A stretch of DNA of 63,778 nt, filler included, from Octopus bimaculoides (lineage: Eukaryota): NCBI RefSeq assembly GCF_001194135.2. It is 5 parts of 5 records of this genome, joined end to end, with 100 filler letters (N's around TTAATTAATTAA, not from the genome) between each part and the next. Parts side by side here need not be neighbours in the genome. Positions count along the whole stretch, not along the records: positions 50,806 to 59,158 come from NC_069000.1; positions 59,259 to 62,634 come from NW_026395718.1; positions 62,735 to 63,778 come from NW_026325719.1; 2 more parts are not named here. One strand, written 5' to 3'. A program made the translations under genes and the position numbers. Positions 51,445 through 63,778 of this stretch are shown piece after piece. Every line of letters starts with the position of its first letter. The first letter of the stretch is position 1. Under the pieces are notes generated by a model. That model made no database searches and was not told the DNA's origin. It worked only from the letters and a program-made list of their open reading frames with translations.

Positions 51445-54191
51445 CATGGACCTCAGTAAAGCAAACTGCACAAAAGAAAGCTTAGGTTTGAAAATTCAGA
51501 GAAACTGGCAGGTCAAGGAAATTAAAACAATGCTCCTTGCATGGAAGCTGGCGGTAGGAATGTTGCAAAACACTGTTATTTCAGAGACCCTGAAGAGCTT
51601 TGGTTTCTATTGAACCATGGCTCAAAGTGAGAGGAAAAAGAATGAGCTCTTTCACTCATATACCTGAATACAACCCACACATGGAATTATTAGTGAAAAT
51701 ATTTAAAGAAGAGGTGAAGGTACAAAAGGGTGAAAAAGAAAAAGAAACTAGTGACTCTATAGAATCCGAGAAGGGTCACGGTAAAGCTGAAAGAGAGTAA
51801 CAAAACAAAGAAGACACCAACATCCTGGACAGCTGTGAGTCCATGAAGAATGCAAAAGTGCAATAGGAGAGACCAACGAAGCCAAAGGTGAAGACGTGTA
51901 GAGGAGAACAAAAGCAGCAAATAAAGCAGAACCAAATAAAGACAAAGACACCAGCAGGCCAGCAAGCTGAGAATGGATGTGGGCCCAAGGTGGGCTCACA
52001 AAGAAAATGAAATAGAACCTGCAAAGACAATGGCTCTGGTAAAAAGGAAACCAAGCCAGTCTGCAAGTTCTATGTAAAGGGTACCTGCTGGCATGGCGAC
52101 ATTGGAAGAGGCTGCAGATTTGCTCATCCCAAATCCCATGTGAGCAGTGCTCGTTCCACTCACCTGAAGACCAGGAAGAACAGCCTCCAGCGATGCAGAG
52201 TTAGATCACAAGATACAATTCCACCCCCATGGAAGTGTGTGGATGGTGCACTCACAGCTCCTAGGAGGAAACAAACTGTGGATACAGTGCAGATAGCGGC
52301 TGCTGAACAACAGGCTTTTTTGGAGGTTACTTTTTTGTAGGGCAGCTGACCTGGCTTCATCAGACATCCAGTATGATAAACACTTACCAGTATTCACAAC
52401 CACCTCAAATAACAAAGGATCTAGGGTGGCCACCTCTGACACCTTGGTGCATGTCAGATCAGTAGCCACTACTGACATCATACATGTCACACCAGTATTC
52501 TTACTGAATATCGGGCCTCATAACGTCCTAACAATGCAAGACACAGTACCTAAGAGACTTAGTGACATGTGATCAAGCAATATACATGTCACTTACAGAA
52601 AAATATTTGCATGTGGACATATCAAATGTTGAGATACACATACTAGGATATGTGTTGATTCAAACTGGTAGGAGAGAAAGGACTCATAGTGGAGTGGCAA
52701 TGTACATCTGGAAAGATGTCATGCCAGTAGTCCTGTTGTCACACTCAAACTCAGTTTGTGACACTCTGGTGGTACACATTAAACAGACGAAAATTGTAAT
52801 ATGTACGAAGTATCACCCACCAGTTGCTGCAAATCATGGGGATTCATTTGAAGAGAGCCTCCAAGAAATAAAAGAAGTATTAACCAACCTGGATGACAGC
52901 TTGCACATACTTCTTCTAGGGGACTTCAAACTTCCTTATGTCAAATGGCCTGAGGGCTGCTTTCTCTCAGGTATGTCACTGCATGGTCTGAGGCATGCAA
53001 AATCTCTGCTTGACTTCACTAACATGCTCTTTATGGAGCAAATAGTGCTCCACCCAACAAGAGCTAAAAATGTCCTGGATCTCTGCTTCACAAGCAACAT
53101 GGAAATCATCCATAATGTTAAGGTGACACCGATGGTTTTCTTGGACCATCACTTAATAGAACTAACAATGTATGGTCCACAGAAGACTATGAACATGTAG
53201 GCTACTAGAAGCACCTAACTCCTCTCCAGCCTGAACTTTCACAAAGCTGATTGGAAGGGTATCGAGAAAGAGGTCATGGAAGATACTGGTCTGCTAGTCT
53301 CTCTATTGACATAAAGCTACAACACTTTATAACAATCATGCATGATATATGCAGTAAGTTTGCTCCAGAGAGAATGCCAAGCCAGCAGAAAAATATAATA
53401 CCCAGAGAGAGAAGTCTAATGAGACGATGAGCAAAAATTTCAAATTGTCTAAATGGGCCATTAAAGGATAACAAACGCTCCTATCTCAAACAAAAAATGA
53501 ACTGAAACACTCCCATGAAAAGGCCAGAAAAAGAAGCCAGGGCTCTCAAAAATATTAAGACAAACTCTAAAGCCTTCTATAGATATGCAAAAGAATCTGC
53601 TTCAGCACAGTACAAAATAGGGCCACTATGCGAAGAAAAGGGCTCACTAACTGCAGACCCGCAGAGGATCAGTGAAATACTGAATGTGCAATACAAGAGT
53701 GTTTTCACCACTCTACTGGGACACTTGTAAGTAGCTATGCCTTATGAATTTTTTGGCTCTATAGCTTAACACAATGAAATGGCAATCATTGATAGCATCA
53801 AAATAGAGGAAACTGATGTGATACCAGCCACTGATAAAATGAGCTCAAACTCATCCACAGGCCCTGATGGATTCTCAGCAATCCCCCTAAAAAAATTCAA
53901 AGGGGTTCTATAATATATATATATACATACATATACATATACACACACATACATACTCACTCAATTAAAAAGGAAAAAATGAAAAAATATATATAAAAAA
54001 TAAAAGAATTAATGGATGTTCAAACATATGGAAAAGCTTGTGCTGGAACATAGTAGAAATGTGGATTCTATCCATGATCTTGGGGGACCCAAAACTGTAA
54101 CAGGTATTTTGTGACATGTGGACATGATCCAAAAAGTTGAGTTCTTGAATTTAAACATGTTGCGGGGTCCAAGGAACTTTTCCAGATGAGC

Positions 54192-54232
<41 letters not shown>

Positions 54233-54960
54233 ATATCTCTGATGAAGTGATATCTATAATATCCCAGAAACAGCTATAAGACTATATCTTTTTCTTTATA
54301 AATGTCCTGAAAACTACTCACAGCCTTGGTTTTGTTATCTCATTTTGTCTAATGTATATATATACACATACACACATACATATACACACACACACACACA
54401 CACAACTGATATGATATTAGTCATTGATGAAATGAGCTCAAACTCAGTCACAGGCCCTGATGGATTCTCAGCAATCCTCCTGAAGAAATGCAAAGGGGTT
54501 CTAGCAAGACCACTTCAGATTCTCTTGCAGAGCTTTCTCACAACAGGGAGACTTCCCAAAATGTTAAAGGAAGGCACTATATGCCCTATCCGTAAGGGAG
54601 GTAGCAGAGTAGATGCTAAGATTTATAGAACTTCTCATGTCAGCAAAGTCATGGAGTGCATTGTCAGGAAGAAGCTAATCTCGTTCCTTGAAGATAGTTT
54701 TGCTTGCTGACACCCAGCATGGCTTTCACTCAGGCAGAAAGTACCTTACACAACTTTTGCAACACTATGACTGGGTGTTGAAACTATGAATCACTCAAAT
54801 GTAGATGTGATATATCTTGACTTTGCAAAGGCCTTTGATAAAGTTAATCGTGGGATGATTTGTCACAAACTACGGAGACTTGGCATAACTGGGAAAATTG
54901 GAGAGTGGTTGCACGACTTCTTAAACAACAGAAGCCAGGTTGTTGCAGCCAATGGAGCCC
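51445..54960 (+). mobile_element. CR1-clade LINE relic: ORF1 (CCCH finger), APE endonuclease and RT, interrupted by an insertion
   Basis: APE: GVAMYI, YHPP, LLLGDFKLP, PTRAKNVLDL, DHHLI. RT: GPDGFS, QHGF, VIYLDFAKAFDKV. Multiple stops; 3'-truncated near 54960. Confidence 0.9.
54232..54289 (+). ncRNA. Degenerate minimal hammerhead ribozyme inside the CR1-interrupting insertion
   Basis: GATATCT-CTGATGA-A-GTGATAT/ATATCCC-A-GAAA-CAGCTA(~CAGCTG)-TA|AG..ATATC. Confidence 0.6.
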
Positions 54961-55724
54961 TTATTTTAAAATATTTGCTTTAGTTTGACATCGTAGAAGG
55001 GAATTAAGCTTAGTTAGTTGTGATGGTTTTGTGATTAATACTTAGTTCGAATAATAGGTTTATGTAAACCTTATTTTATAATACTTGATATTGTAATGAC
55101 TTCATAGAGAATAAAGTTTAGTTTCCTCATAATATAGTATATCTTACGTACCTTGGATACATTTACATTATTAGCTCCTATCACTTAAACTTTAATTATT
55201 TATCTTCCACTTAATAGCTTACTATTGTTTGGTTCCCCGTCTATATACATACTTCGTCATTTTTCATGTAATAAGTTTTTCTTCCCTCTTCCCCTTTTAA
55301 CGCCATACTGTCACGTGTTTTACATATTTTAATTCTGCATGGAAAGTTTAATATTTGTGGTCACTAATAAATGCCATTTTGTCACATGATACACATCGTA
55401 TAAATTCTGTGCTTCATGGGTAATACTACAGTCAACAAAGAATCCTTGATAAGATAAGTGATGTTGTTCTTTTTATTAATACTGTTGAATGTCCGAATTC
55501 ATGTAATAGTTGACAACACTATCTTTTTATATGTTTTCTTATTCTTAATCTACAGAAAGTATTTCTTTATTAGAGGATTTATGCCTTTAACTTGACAGAT
55601 AATTTTTATTATAAAACCTTGACACTTTATATATTGTACTAATAATTGCCTAAACGTACAGATATTTCTACTTTTCCTATTTTATTTTATTGCATTTTAA
55701 ATATTAGGATATGTTTTTTGAAGT

Positions 55725-55838
55725 TAGAAGACCTGAAGAGTGTCCTCATTCTGAGTGGAACTTATCTTGATCGATTTATTGTAAATTGCCCAGATCTTTT
55801 CCATTTTTATTTGGCAACGAAACACGCATAGTCTACTA
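55725..55838 (+). ncRNA. Degenerate hammerhead with long helix II (family B)
   Basis: TAGAAGAC-CTGAAGA...GGCAAC-GAAA-CACGC-ATA|GTCTACTA; helix I 7/8 paired; related copy at 57888-57995 ending GAAACACGTGT at the gap. Confidence 0.55.
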
Positions 55839-56004
55839 TTCACTTTCGTTTTTATAAATTTACTAAACTGAATTAAATTTTTAATCTAATATTTTATAGA
55901 TTTTATGGATTATAAATTTTCTTTTGGATTTTTCAGATTTTTAAACTGGTATTCTGTATAGTAGGCTTTTCTTGATGGTGTCTGATCTCCTTCATTGTTT
56001 GACT

Positions 56005-56314
56005 TGCATCTTGGTGGTTCTTCTCTAAATTATTAATATATGGTGGTATTCATCAACTTGCAGACATTGTATTGTGTCAATTTACTTGTTTATTTGTTTA
56101 CTAAAAGGACAATAATAACAATATACAAAAACATGTGACATATTATGTCATATCAGTAATTAAAAAATGACATATAGTGACAGAAAATGGGATAATGACT
56201 TACAGCTGTTTCAGTCTAGGGGTGACATGCTTCATTCTATCTATATCACTCCAGTAGACTGAAGTAATTAATAGATGAAATAGAGGTACATGGATGATTC
56301 TCTAGGCCTCTTCA
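56005..56314 (-). mobile_element. Family A pLTR-like unit with hammerhead head
   Basis: [gap]TGAAGA-GGCCTAGAG...CCCTAGACT-GAAA-CAGCTG-TA-AG, then body ending AAGTTGATGAATACCACC; homologous to 1575-1910. Confidence 0.7.
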
Positions 56315-57166
56315 NNNNNNNNNNATGTACATTTAAATGTACATACACAAATGTCCATACATGCACATAAATGAATCGATTATTATTGTTATTATACATG
56401 AGGAGGACATATATATACACACCCACACGTACATGAATACACATATGTATACATAAACATTTCCGTAAGGACATGTTCATTGGTACATGTGCATTAGTTG
56501 CGTTTGTATTGGAGGACTGGTGCATTAGTTCGTATCATTATAATTCCAACAAAAATGTCCAGACCTATACATATATATATATATAATTTTACATCGGAAA
56601 CCTATAGATTAAGAAGTTATTGAGGATACTCAAATCTAGGGTTACCTCCATTCACTCATGTTTGGAAAATAACAAATGTCCCAAATACAAAATTTAACAG
56701 TAGAAGTAATTAGTTATAGAAATAGACGAATCGCTAAGTTTGTGAATAACTACCTTAGGAGTTTATTAGTTAAGTGACTCAACTATATAGGGAATCCTGC
56801 TGTTGGACATAATAAATTTTAAACATAATCTCAGGCAATTTGTCGGGTACAATAGCTTTTGATCGTATTTTTACCAAAAATAACTACAATTTGAAAATAT
56901 ATAGGTATGAGTAATCGGAGACTGTATTCTAGGCGTAATCTTAGCATTTAATGACAACATACCAAGAAAATATATACAATCAGTTTGTATTGCTGTGTTA
57001 TTGTTTTGTTGTTTTGCCCCTTATTTTAGTTTGGTCGTGTATGTGTGTATATATACATATGAATATTTATATCTGCATATAAACTTTCCGATAATTTGTT
57101 TAGTCTTTGTGTTATTAATATGCACTCCATTTATATAGGTATATATAGGCATGTGAGTATGTTTGT

Positions 57167-57248
<82 letters not shown>

Positions 57249-58289
57249 ATATATATGAATGTATATGTATGTGTATATGTAACATGCCTAACTCATTTGA
57301 CCGGCTAATGGTTATCCAACTGTAGCTAAGCCAAGACATATTAAAACAATAGATGACCAATTAGATGAGGGGACGAAACAGCAAAAATAACCCCTCCCCA
57401 CTACCAGCAAGATTCCAACTACTCCATAAACAAAAAAATAACGGAGTAACTCATCACAGGTTTAAAGAAATTTGGATATTATTGTTAGAATTCTCACAAA
57501 TTATAACGATACAAACTAATGCACCAGTCCTCCATTCCAAACACAACTAATGCGTATGTACCAATGAATATGTTTCCAATAATTTCTAGTTTAAACTATA
57601 GCATTGGTGGGATAAGTATTACTTCTATCTTTATTAACTTAACCTAAAACTTCGCTTAAATTGTATTTTAAACAAAAGATTCGTTAAGATTAGTTTTGCA
57701 TATAATATTTCTGTTAGTTTATATTATAATAAGCGTAAAGGTAATTATGGCACGTTTATAATTTATAATTTTTGATACCTTTAATAATATTTTTCTATCT
57801 TAATATAATAAATATTTTTATATACATTCATTTGTTATTTATTGTTGGTTGATATATACGTTCTTTTATTATTATTATTGTTGTATTTTGACCTGAAGAT
57901 TAGCTATATTTTTGAATAGAATTGATTTTCGATCATTTTAATCGATTTGAATATTTTTTATTTTCTATTTGAAAATTTGGTTATGAAACACGTGTNNNNN
58001 NNNNNNNNNNNNNNNNNNNNNNNNNNNNNNNNNNNNNNNNNNNNNNNNNNNNNNNNNNNNNNNNNNNNNNNNNNNNNNNNNNNNNNNNNNNNNNNNNNNN
58101 NNNNNNNNNNNNNNNNNNNNNNNNNNNNNNNNNNNNNNNNNNNNNNNNNNNNNNNNNNNNNNNNNNNNNNNNNNNNNNNNNNNNNNNNNNNNNNNNNNNN
58201 NNNNNNNNNNNNNNNNNNNNNNNNNNNNNNNNNNNNNNNNNNNNNNNNNNNNNNNNNNNNNNNNNNTATATATATATAAATTAAGCAAT

Positions 58290-58797
58290 GGAATTTCAGT
58301 ATTAATAGTGAATGTATTAACCCTGAAACTATCTCACATTACAATAGAAATGTTATTTTTTTCACTTTTGATATGAAATATTGAAATAGTGTAGGAGATA
58401 AGAAATTGCTCTGGGTTCACATTAGGCAAGAAGTTGAAAACTTTTTTGCATGTGTAAATCACATCCAGTTAAAATGGTATATTGATGTGTTTTGTTTCTC
58501 TTTTTTCCTTGACGAGATGATTACATTGTTTTACATCATTTTTTCCCTCCGGAATAATATCAATGTTTTCTTTGAAGCATATGTCGGAAGTATAAAGATT
58601 TGAATAACATCTGCGTTTAACCCCATTTCTTAATTTATCTATGTGATACAAAAACATTTCACTACACCCTGGAACTTCTGCATTTATAAGTAGGCTGTAA
58701 CATCCTTAGCACTTATGTGAATTTTTGCTACTCTGATATCTATTTATTTGTTTTTTCTGTGTTATTTGTACACATTGAAAAACTACACATACATTTA

Positions 58798-58854
<57 letters not shown>

Positions 58855-59111
58855 TAATAGTTTCAGTATTAACAGTGAAAGTATTAGAACGGAAAGTATC
58901 TCACATTACAATAGAAATGTTATTTTTTCACTTTTGATGCGTAACACTGAAATAGTCTAAGAGATAAGAGATTGCTCGGGGGTCGCATTAGACAAGAAGG
59001 TGAAACTCTACATGGACCCTAAGTAAGGCATGTGTAAAATTTGAATGAAATCAGTTGGGTAGTTCTCGAGTTTTAGAGATGCATACATACAGACAGACAG
59101 ATACACATTCT

Positions 59112-59158
<47 letters not shown>
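58290..59158 (+). mobile_element. Two related DINE/Helentron-like non-autonomous copies (58290-58445 and 58858-59158)
   Basis: Shared TTTCAGTATTAA.AGTGAA...TATCTCACATTACAATAGAAATGTTATTTTT; the second copy ends AAAATTTGAATGAAATCAGTTG...ACAGACAGACAGA...TATATA, as in DINE-1/Lep1-like tails. Confidence 0.5.
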
Positions 59159-59379
59159 NNNNNNNNNNNNNNNNNNNNNNNNNNNNNNNNNNNNNNNNNN
59201 NNTTAATTAATTAANNNNNNNNNNNNNNNNNNNNNNNNNNNNNNNNNNNNNNNNNNNNTTTCGAAAGGAAATGAAAAATAAAATTTTTTACCAATCTATA
59301 TTCTGTACCATGGTTTCAAGTCTTTTGCTGGTATTTCTAGCGAGTAGATGTCCTATTATAGACATCTCTGCATTTTAAA

Positions 59380-59416
<37 letters not shown>

Positions 59417-60789
59417 AATCTATATAGCTAGGAGACAGGTTTATTTAGCCAGAGGGGAAGCAGATAAGAAAAAGTTTGCCAATGTTCTGCGCCATGAGGA
59501 CCAAAGACTTGAAGTATTTCGTGTTGCAAGACAGTGTTTGAGAGAATCATGATGTCGTAGGAGAGAAATGTGTCCGCACGGTCGTTTACAAGTGGAAGCA
59601 CCACTACTCCCGTCGGAGACTTATTTTCTACATTCAGCAAATAAATACGAAAACTTCTGCTATTATACCCGTCTTACCAGACGGGTGTAATAGTAAAAAT
59701 TTACTAACTGAAGTAAATGAAGAACACAACACAATAAATATAGGCTGCAATGGGATTCGAACGTACTTCTCTTGTTATTACAAGAAATATCATAAAGGAA
59801 ATCGAAACAGTGCCTCGATTTTTGTCGTAATAAAATTAGAGCGATATTTAATATAGATTATCTATTTAATAATTAATATCCATATACATGAAAAGCAAAT
59901 AAATGATAAACCGTAATAACATTATAAAAGCTGATATTTGCTTTTGGCTCAAGTTAAAACGTATCAAGAAATGTTTACGACAGTCAGAAACTGAAACATC
60001 AAACACGTGGTGTATTTAACCATCCAGAGGTAAGTTGAGGATTTGGATTACTATTATTTTTCCTTTTTTTTTATATTACATCAATATATTTATTATTTTT
60101 ATATAAGCATTTATTGAATCTTGTAGTCTTTAAAGTAGTGAGAGGTTGTTGTAAGGCAATATAATTCTTTATCAACCTGTCTGTCGATATTTTCGCTTCA
60201 TGATTATGAATGACTTTAAGAAAGCGGATTTAATATGTGTTTGAAGAAAGAAGTTTGCCCAAATCACCGTACATTAGAATCGAACCCAAGTCCTCATATT
60301 TACGAAATGTTTTTGACTATATATGATAAGCAGAAATGGTTTGTAATTCCGCCGGATGGATCGTATCTAATTGAAAGGGTCAGAGATTTCAGTCAAACTA
60401 AAGTGTTTGACGTGAACAAAAAAAAAAGGTGCAATAGGTGTACAACAACATGTAGTAAACGAATATAAAAAAAAATGCGCGCTGACGAACGGGGTGGCGG
60501 GGAAGAGGACTCGGAAAATTCACATGGGGAATGTTCTTTCCCCATCCGTCAGCGAAACTGTTTTTCTTCACATTCGTTTACTACCGGTCAAACACTTTAG
60601 TTTGACCCCCAATTCTACGGCCTTGGCCTCCAAGCCGGCTATCCACATGCTAGAAATAACAGTCAAATCCCACAGGATAACCCTATAAGGAAGGAATATA
60701 AGCGTCGTGAACAGCCCCCATGATTTTAGCGAAGTACTCAGCATTACGATCTATTTTCTCGAAAAAGGCTAGTGATTACATGTATGCAA

Positions 60790-62087
60790 AAGCTTTCTTC
60801 ATTTTGTTGATGGTGAAGTGTCTTCTTTCTGGTTCCCGTTGCAGTGCTTCACTTGTTACTATTCATAAAGCTTCATCACCTCTTCATTTGTGAGTTGTTG
60901 CTTGTCCCCATCAGTTAATGCGTTGAAATCATCCTCCTTCAAATCCCTGTTCAGTTCTTTTGATAATACCACCAATTCTTTGTTTACACCAGAAATATCG
61001 AAACCCTTGAAATCGTTCGCAAACAAGGGGCACCATTTCTTTCAAATGGCATTCATACAAGTTCTTGATGCATCCTTCCATGCTGAATTTATATTAAGTA
61101 TGACTTCGCAAATATTGTACATTTCTAAAAGTCACAGAATATGGCACCTTCCTAAATTTTTGTTGCTGCTACAACCTACTAAGTGCATGTCTGGTCCATG
61201 GGTTGAAGTAAAGAGATGGTGTTAGTAGGTAGGTAAACGATGGTGATATTGAGGTCAGAGTCAGTGACGTGTGGCCAGGAGCATCGTCTAAGATAAAAAG
61301 GATCTTAAATGGAATTTGCTCCTGGAATAAAATAATTGAGAAACCAATCTTCAGAACTTATGATAGTCAGTCAAGCTTGCTGTTTGACATTCACATAACT
61401 GGGAGTGATGTCTTTGGGATGTTAAGTGCACTTGGATTTGCTGCATGAGCTTGCAGTTTCCTCCCATCATAAGACTCGGATGATCTTTAGGGACCTTAAA
61501 ACCAGGCATAAATTTATACTCCTTTGCTATGAAGGACTAGTTCTGGCATTCTCTTGTAGAAGAGCTTGCTCTCGTTGCCATTGAAAACTTGCTGGGGAAT
61601 AAAGTTGTTGTTTTCAATAATCTTTACCATTGTTGCAGGAAACTCAGGTGCTACGACTGAATCTGTCAATGCATTTCTATTTTGCACCCTTAACATTATG
61701 AAGATTGTGTTGCAGCTTAAATTGCATAAACCATCCTGAACTGGCCTTGAATATTTTTTCTTAAGGTCTTTGTTCAATGAAAGCATTTTTTTCTTGAATC
61801 ATCATCTGGTTTATGGGGATATGCTAATGAGCCTACCATTCAAACTAAAAGGAAAGAAGCTGTTCAATCTCTTCAATGATTTTGCCACTTTTCTTGGTGA
61901 TTATGGTGCTCTTCATACATGAAGTATCTTGGATGTGAATTAAAATCTTATGAATAATTGTAGATATCATAGTTCAACTTAAACTGTCATAGTCTCTGAT
62001 CATTGCCAATTTATCCATCAAAGAACCAGCATGGCACTTAGGACCACTATGATTAGATTAAGCAGTAGGAGCTTTTTTGGAGAGCAT
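60790..62087 (-). mobile_element. Tigger/pogo (CENP-B-like, DDE_1) transposase relic
   Basis: ATG 62087; STIITKKSGKIIEEIEQLL, IQEK, QQVFNGNESKLFYKRMP, FILDDAPGH; many stops and frameshifts; TIRs not identified. Confidence 0.88.
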
Positions 62088-62595
62088 GGTATGTCAACCC
62101 CCCACCTCTCGAAATTTAAACATAGTAAACAAACACGTTTGAATGGCTTGAGTTACAAGGCTACCGTGCAGTGAAATGCTGGAATTATCAGTCCCCCAAA
62201 TCATGTACAAGTATAAACAATATAATTATGTACATACTAAAAAATTTATTACCTCTTACCTGTTTTAATAAAAGATTTGTACAAATTTCCATGTGTATTT
62301 TATTTGATTTTCCACTTCAGTAGTAGTTTTTAGGAGTTTTTAAAAAAAATTTTATACGTTTGAATATGTTTGCTGGGACTAGTGTAAAGTCAGATAAATC
62401 AACTGAAGTTTAGGCTTATTTTTTCCATTAATTTCTTTAAAAAATAATGCAAAGTCAAAAAATATGTAACTCAAATTATCTAAGTTGAGCTATCCCTGTA
62501 AAGTTTCACTTTAATACTGAAACTATTAAAGTGAAACTATTATCTCACATATATATAGGCATGCATACATACATACATACATATATATAACATAT

Positions 62596-62634
<39 letters not shown>

Positions 62635-62734
62635 NNNNNNNNNNNNNNNNNNNNNNNNNNNNNNNNNNNNNNNNNNNNTTAATTAATTAANNNNNNNNNN
62701 NNNNNNNNNNNNNNNNNNNNNNNNNNNNNNNNNN

Positions 62735-62990
62735 ACATCGCAAAGCTGTGACACGAGGAGATATTGATAAATTGGGTATAGCTGGTCATGTATGGCAAAA
62801 TGGAAACCACCTCCCCCTGTGGGATGAAGTCAAAATAATAGACAGGGAACAACACTGGAAAATACGAAAACTAAAAGAAGCAGCACATATGCTAGGACAC
62901 AACAACCTCCTAAGCAGACCGAGTGCAGATATGAATAGCATATGGGAACCGGTATTGAGGAAGGATAGAAAAATAATAGATTTATAAGCC
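62735..62990 (+). mobile_element. Penelope-like element GIY-YIG C-terminal fragment (second PLE lineage)
   Basis: GIAGHVWQNGNHLPLWDEVKIIDREQHWKIRKLKEAAHM matches the PLE GIY-YIG tail. Confidence 0.8.
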
Positions 62991-63339
62991 CTAAAATTCA
63001 CTCCATAATTGCCCACGGGCATATGGCGTAGTGGTTAAGAGCGCGGTCTACTAACCCCAAGGTTCCGACCTGATTAATAATAGTAATAATATAATAATAA
63101 TAGTAACATCGTTAGGAATGAGAACCCAAGACACCTGAAACGTTGTGTTAATAACAAAGAAGATGAGGACAAATATCCGTCAAATGTAAATAATATAATC
63201 TTAACTAATCGTTCGTTTAAAATACAATGTAAACGAAGTTTTAGATAGAAGTAATACTTATCTCAAAGATGCTATAGTTTAAACTAAAAATATATATATA
63301 TAAAGATATCTATAGATATATAGATAGATATATAATAGT

Positions 63340-63660
63340 GTGGAAGGCACGTGGCTTAGTGGTTAGAGCATTCGGCTCACATTCGTAAGTTTGTGAGTTC
63401 AATGCCCGGTGACACATTGTGTCCTTGAGCAAGAAACTCTATTTCACGTTGCTGAAGTTCATTAAGCTGACAAAAAGGAGTGGTACCTCTGTTTCAAAGG
63501 CCCAGCCTTGTCCCACTTTGTGTCACGCTGAATCTCCTTGAGAACAACGTTAACGGTACACGTGTCTGTGGAGTGCTCAGCCACTTGTAAGTTAATTTCA
63601 CGAGCAAGCTGCTCCGTTGATCGGATGTGGGACACTCGTCGTCGTAACAGACGGAGTAAT
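63340..63660 (+). mobile_element. tRNA-derived SINE, full-length, same family as 2845
   Basis: A box TGGCTTAGTGGTTAG, B box GAGTTCAATGCC, body GTCCTTGAGCAAG...TTTCACGTTGC; head-only copy at 63012-63070. Confidence 0.85.
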
Positions 63661-63778
63661 ATTTACCACAAAAGTCTCAAATTTGGACATAGACTTAACA
63701 TAGGTTTCGTATCCACAAAGCCAAAGTCCTGTTGCGCAGCTCGCCAGATTCTATACAATAATAACTTAAACGTTCTAA

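Overview
AT-rich eukaryotic scaffold with many N gaps and dense (TA)n, (TG)n, (AAT)n and (GAT)n microsatellites. The repeat content looks like an octopus/cephalopod draft genome (inference from repeat style, not a database hit). Almost all interpretable sequence is transposon debris: Penelope-like (GIY-YIG) fragments, Tx1/L1, RTE, CR1 and R4/Dong-like LINE fragments, Tc1/maT (DD37D), mariner and Tigger/pogo relics, Helitron/DINE-like pieces and three tRNA-headed SINE families. I cannot confidently identify a host protein-coding gene. I see only low-confidence splice-site-bounded micro-exon candidates and a CpG-depleted domain (~24-55 kb) suggesting a methylated gene body. The most notable observations are: (1) a ~1.84 kb ORF1-only (HAL1-like) Tx1-type retroelement with a putative 14-bp TSD and a 3' tail shared with a SINE variant; (2) several minimal type I hammerhead ribozymes, including one with an intact core, a head-to-head pair and a family with a long helix II insert; (3) an RTE tail encoding three tandem C2H2 fingers; (4) (AAT)n tracts used as landing pads by R4/Dong in one polarity and by Tx1/SINEs in the other. 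All boundaries were read by eye and are approximate unless stated.
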